Origin: a virus
Lineage: Duplodnaviria; Caudoviricetes
Strand: one strand, 5' to 3'
DNA length: 57,682 nucleotides
Virus record (IMG/VR): IMGVR_UViG_3300047276_000505
Location: 1-57,682 of that record
Part shown: piece by piece, positions 54,554 through 57,682 of the stretch
How positions within the stretch are numbered: the stretch's first letter is position 1
How the letters are laid out: every line of letters starts with the position of its first letter
Notes under the pieces: generated by a model
Database searches by the model: none
Seen by the model: only the letters and a program-made list of their open reading frames with translations
Told to the model about the DNA's origin: nothing
Made by a program: the position numbers and the translations under genes

Positions 54554-57185
54554 CTTGAATTGTTAGTTCATCCTCCATTTTCGCATCAACATCGGCCTGT
54601 AGTGTCATCCCATAAAACTCTTTGTATGTTTCCTTATCAGCCGACACTTCCACAATGGACGGCCAACCCTCGTACTTAGGATCTGACTCCCGTACCGCCA
54701 GGTTCACGATCCGCATGCCCTTAGTATTGCGAACTGCATAGGCGTTGATCTTGAGCTGGTGCTTACAGATATCAATTAGTAACGGCTCGAAGCGGTTACG
54801 CGACATGATGCCCACGTTGCATTGACGGCAGAACTCCGCATAGCTCGCGTACAACCACTTGTCCTTATTGGCATAGATATAGGACGAACCCATCGGTGCG
54901 TTCTTCGTAAAGCCAATGGCCGAGCTGATACCTGGATCAAACACGATCTTATGTTCCATCCAATCCAGCAGTGGGTTGGAACGCAGAGTTTGCATGCGCT
55001 CGTACTTCTGGAAGAACTTCACCTTCTTGGCGGTTTCCATCAGGTAGTCACGCATTTCTTCCTCCGTCATGTCTAACAGCCAGTTCACCAGACCCGGCAG
55101 CAGCGGAGCAAAGACACCTTGCGGCTCACCTTTGGAATTGAACTTGATCAACTCCTTTTGTTCATTCGGCCCGCCCGTAAACGGACGGTCGAAAGGAATA
55201 GTGAGACGACGACGGGCCAAACCAGAGGTGTAGTCGGTGGACTGGATTGCCTCGTTGGCAGTAATCATCACCATGCCGTGGTACTGGAATGGATCCAATG
55301 CCTCGCCCTGATACTTGCGTTCACTACGGATCCAGTCATTACCAGTGATGGCTTTCAGACGAGAGACCGATCCACCCCAACGATCTGCATCCTGGAACAA
55401 CAGAAGCTTTTTACCCATGTAGGCCGCTGCTTCAAAGCGGTTCTTCTCCATGTTCTCAAAGTCCGTGGAGTAGGTGTTGCTCTTACCTACCAGTGCCACA
55501 GCCAAGTTGGCGTAGGTGGATTTACCTGACTTACCTGGACCCACAATCTCCACAAACTTTTGAATTTCGTAGCGCCCCAGCAGTGACGCCCGAAGCCAAG
55601 CACGCAGCACCTGAGTACGTTCCCAGCTGTCATGTTGCGTGTGCTTCAGCCACTTCACAATTTCTTCACAGGTGGCAGCAGGGTTGTAGGCATAAGGCAT
55701 CTGCTGCAGCATGTGCAGTTCCCGGTTGAAGGGAAGCAGCTCTTTTGTCTCCACATTCAACACACCGTTGGTGAAGAGCAGGAGATCGGTCCCGTCATAC
55801 CATTCGTCAAACGCCAGGACGGACTGCAGCTGGCTGTAGACATCATTCATCAGATTACTGGTGAACCCACTGGGCAGGTAGTCACCCAACATCCGTAACT
55901 TATGGCGAATATCACCGAGCGCCTCAATCTTGGTCAGAGGAGACCAGAGGCCAGCCGATTCTTTAGCGTACATAAAGAATTGACCGTGCGGCTGGCTGAA
56001 CAGCAGGTTCCCCTTATACTCCTGCAGAAGTACATCGGTTATGTCACCAGATGAAGGGTTACGCGAGCGTTGGTCTTTGCCTTCTTTCTTTCCTCGCCTG
56101 GAGCCCAGCGTACGGGAAGGGGTCTGATCAACAGCAAACTCTGCAACTTCTTCAACAGCTTCAAGGGGCATGGCAAGATCCTGTTCTAATTCAGCCAGTA
56201 TTTGCGACACATGTTCAAGTGTCTCATCATCAATATTCAGAGCACGGGAATTATCCGGGGGAGGATTCCAGCCATGCTCCTTCGCAATGTGAATAAGGGA
56301 GCCGATACCACGGCCACCGTCTTTTGAGAAGGAACGCCAACGCCTGTGGCACTCACCTTCCCGATATTTTTCTGATTGTTTGGACCAGTTATCCCAGTCT
56401 TCCAGCAAGGAATCATCCAAGCTGTGCATGGTCTGGCCAATGGTGATCCAGATGTCGTAGTCGTCGGCAGCATCCGAGGGCAGTGCCCACATTGCTTCGA
56501 CGGCTAGTTTCATGTCCCGCTCAAGCGAGACTTGCGATTGGACAACAAAACCAGGACCAACAATCCTGGTGCACTCCTTAGCCGGAGTCCCTTGTCGGAC
56601 ATTCTTATTGATGATGGCATTGAGTAGCCAGTCCGGCAGTTCAGGCAGTTCAGTCGCCCATTCAAAACCCTGGTCTTCTGCAGTGAAGTAACCGTCAGTC
56701 TCAGGGTGTAGTCCCATGAGAACGCCCTGGTGTTTTTTCCAGAGGATCTCCAGTTTTTCTTTATCTTCTTCTGCGTGCCAGGTGTACTTATTACGAGCAA
56801 AGTGCTTGTGTTTCTCCCGGCTCAACCGATACAATTTTCGTTCACGACCAATCTTTCCGCTCTGAATCGTTAGTGTTGGCGGCAGTGCTTCCTGAAGCGG
56901 AAGCCCAGAGATTTCCTCCAGAAGCTTGTAGACGCTTGGGCCATCGACATCAACCCATACCAATCCGTAGGGCAGATTGTAGACAGGGCCGCCAAGGAGT
57001 CCAATAGCACGACATTCACCGGTTGCAATCTCCTCTTCGACTTCTTTAACGCTGAATGGTTTGTTCTGCCAACCACTGACATACGGATCTTTCTTGGCGC
57101 CCAACGGAGTCAGAGGCCAGTCAAGAGGGATGTAACCCAGGTTGATTTCACCTGGTTTTAACGCCTGTTGATTACGACTGGTCAT
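54546..57185 (-). CDS. Primase-helicase (prim-pol, PriCT-2, D5-like SF3 helicase)
   Basis: WVDVDG; DYDIWITIG...WDNWSKQSEKY...W.SF; GPGKSGKST; LKAITGND; ITANE. Confidence 0.92.
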   Translation of the reverse strand: MTSRNQQALKPGEINLGYIPLDWPLTPLGAKKDPYVSGWQNKPFSVKEVEEEIATGECRAIGLLGGPVYNLPYGLVWVDVDGPSVYKLLEEISGLPLQEALPPTLTIQSGKIGRERKLYRLSREKHKHFARNKYTWHAEEDKEKLEILWKKHQGVLMGLHPETDGYFTAEDQGFEWATELPELPDWLLNAIINKNVRQGTPAKECTRIVGPGFVVQSQVSLERDMKLAVEAMWALPSDAADDYDIWITIGQTMHSLDDSLLEDWDNWSKQSEKYREGECHRRWRSFSKDGGRGIGSLIHIAKEHGWNPPPDNSRALNIDDETLEHVSQILAELEQDLAMPLEAVEEVAEFAVDQTPSRTLGSRRGKKEGKDQRSRNPSSGDITDVLLQEYKGNLLFSQPHGQFFMYAKESAGLWSPLTKIEALGDIRHKLRMLGDYLPSGFTSNLMNDVYSQLQSVLAFDEWYDGTDLLLFTNGVLNVETKELLPFNRELHMLQQMPYAYNPAATCEEIVKWLKHTQHDSWERTQVLRAWLRASLLGRYEIQKFVEIVGPGKSGKSTYANLAVALVGKSNTYSTDFENMEKNRFEAAAYMGKKLLLFQDADRWGGSVSRLKAITGNDWIRSERKYQGEALDPFQYHGMVMITANEAIQSTDYTSGLARRRLTIPFDRPFTGGPNEQKELIKFNSKGEPQGVFAPLLPGLVNWLLDMTEEEMRDYLMETAKKVKFFQKYERMQTLRSNPLLDWMEHKIVFDPGISSAIGFTKNAPMGSSYIYANKDKWLYASYAEFCRQCNVGIMSRNRFEPLLIDICKHQLKINAYAVRNTKGMRIVNLAVRESDPKYEGWPSIVEVSADKETYKEFYGMTLQADVDAKMEDELTIQDV

Positions 57186-57370
57186 GCTGTTTCTTGTTCC
57201 TTGACTTCTACTTTAAAGTTTCGATCAGCAAAAGAGCCCTCCTTCAAAAGGTTGTAGGCATGGAGGTGCATTGTAGACGGAAGGACAAAAAGATCCCCAT
57301 CAACCGCACTATCCATGCGGCATGAAAGGGTCTGCATCCATTCGCCTACGCCAATAACGTAGGTGCTCAT
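57182..57370 (-). CDS. Hypothetical protein (62 aa)
   Basis: ATGA coupling to the primase. Confidence 0.65.
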   Translation of the reverse strand: MSTYVIGVGEWMQTLSCRMDSAVDGDLFVLPSTMHLHAYNLLKEGSFADRNFKVEVKEQETA

Positions 57371-57454
57371 GGGGCTTGTTTGCTGTTCCTTTATCCTAGA
57401 CGGAGTAAACCAATGACACTGCTAAGGGATCTTTAATTTTTGGGTCTTATAAGA

Positions 57455-57682
57455 CTAATGCTGTTGGCATTCAAGCTGGCCAGGCCAAGTACGGTTGCCT
57501 TTGGCTAGATTTTCTTTTTTGGTTAAAATTTGTAAATTATTTTCTACGTGCAGACCACACATATATTTGTTTTGTAATGGGTATATGTGATCCACTTCAT
57601 GCAATACACCTGTAATCTTGGTCAGTTTATGTGCGTTCACATATATCTCTTTTATTTTTTGCATGTTTGCCCACAAAGGAAT
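57455..57682 (-). CDS. HNH endonuclease, probably 5'-truncated by the window edge
   Basis: [10 protein letters not shown]...[20 protein letters not shown]. Confidence 0.85.
   Translation of the reverse strand: MPLWANMQKIKEIYVNAHKLTKITGVLHEVDHIYPLQNKYMCGLHVENNLQILTKKENLAKGNRTWPGQLECQQH

Overview
This window looks like most of a tailed dsDNA phage genome, probably infecting a cyanobacterium. The evidence for that host is an NblA-like gene, a group I intron of the cyanobacterial tRNA-Leu (IC3) type, SpeD and cyanobacterial-style integrase motifs. Bases 1-7460 (minus strand) hold small early-type genes separated by at least four families of repeated, covarying RNA structures. One family is three anticodon-less tRNA-like folds that all keep a 12-bp stack capped by a T-loop. 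Bases 7461-8048 are a divergent control region. Bases 8049-37800 (plus strand) are the virion module: Gly/Ala-rich putative internal proteins, terminase, portal overlapping a scaffold, major capsid protein, and several peptidoglycan hydrolases. The capsid gene is split after codon 4 by an 825-nt group I intron carrying an antisense HNH gene in its P1 loop. Bases 37800-41400 hold dCTP deaminase, a methyltransferase-like gene and HTH genes. Bases 41800-50600 hold tail fibres, a KilA-N plus integrase insert and an endolysin. Bases 50600-57682 (mostly minus) hold HNH genes, a GT4 glycosyltransferase, SpeD and a primase-helicase. Other highlights are a recurrent LAG[RK][YWF] peptide in unrelated late proteins, a circularly permuted M23 peptidase and a SWIM finger split by about 140 aa. 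All calls come from reading motifs by eye; no database searches or folding programs were run.
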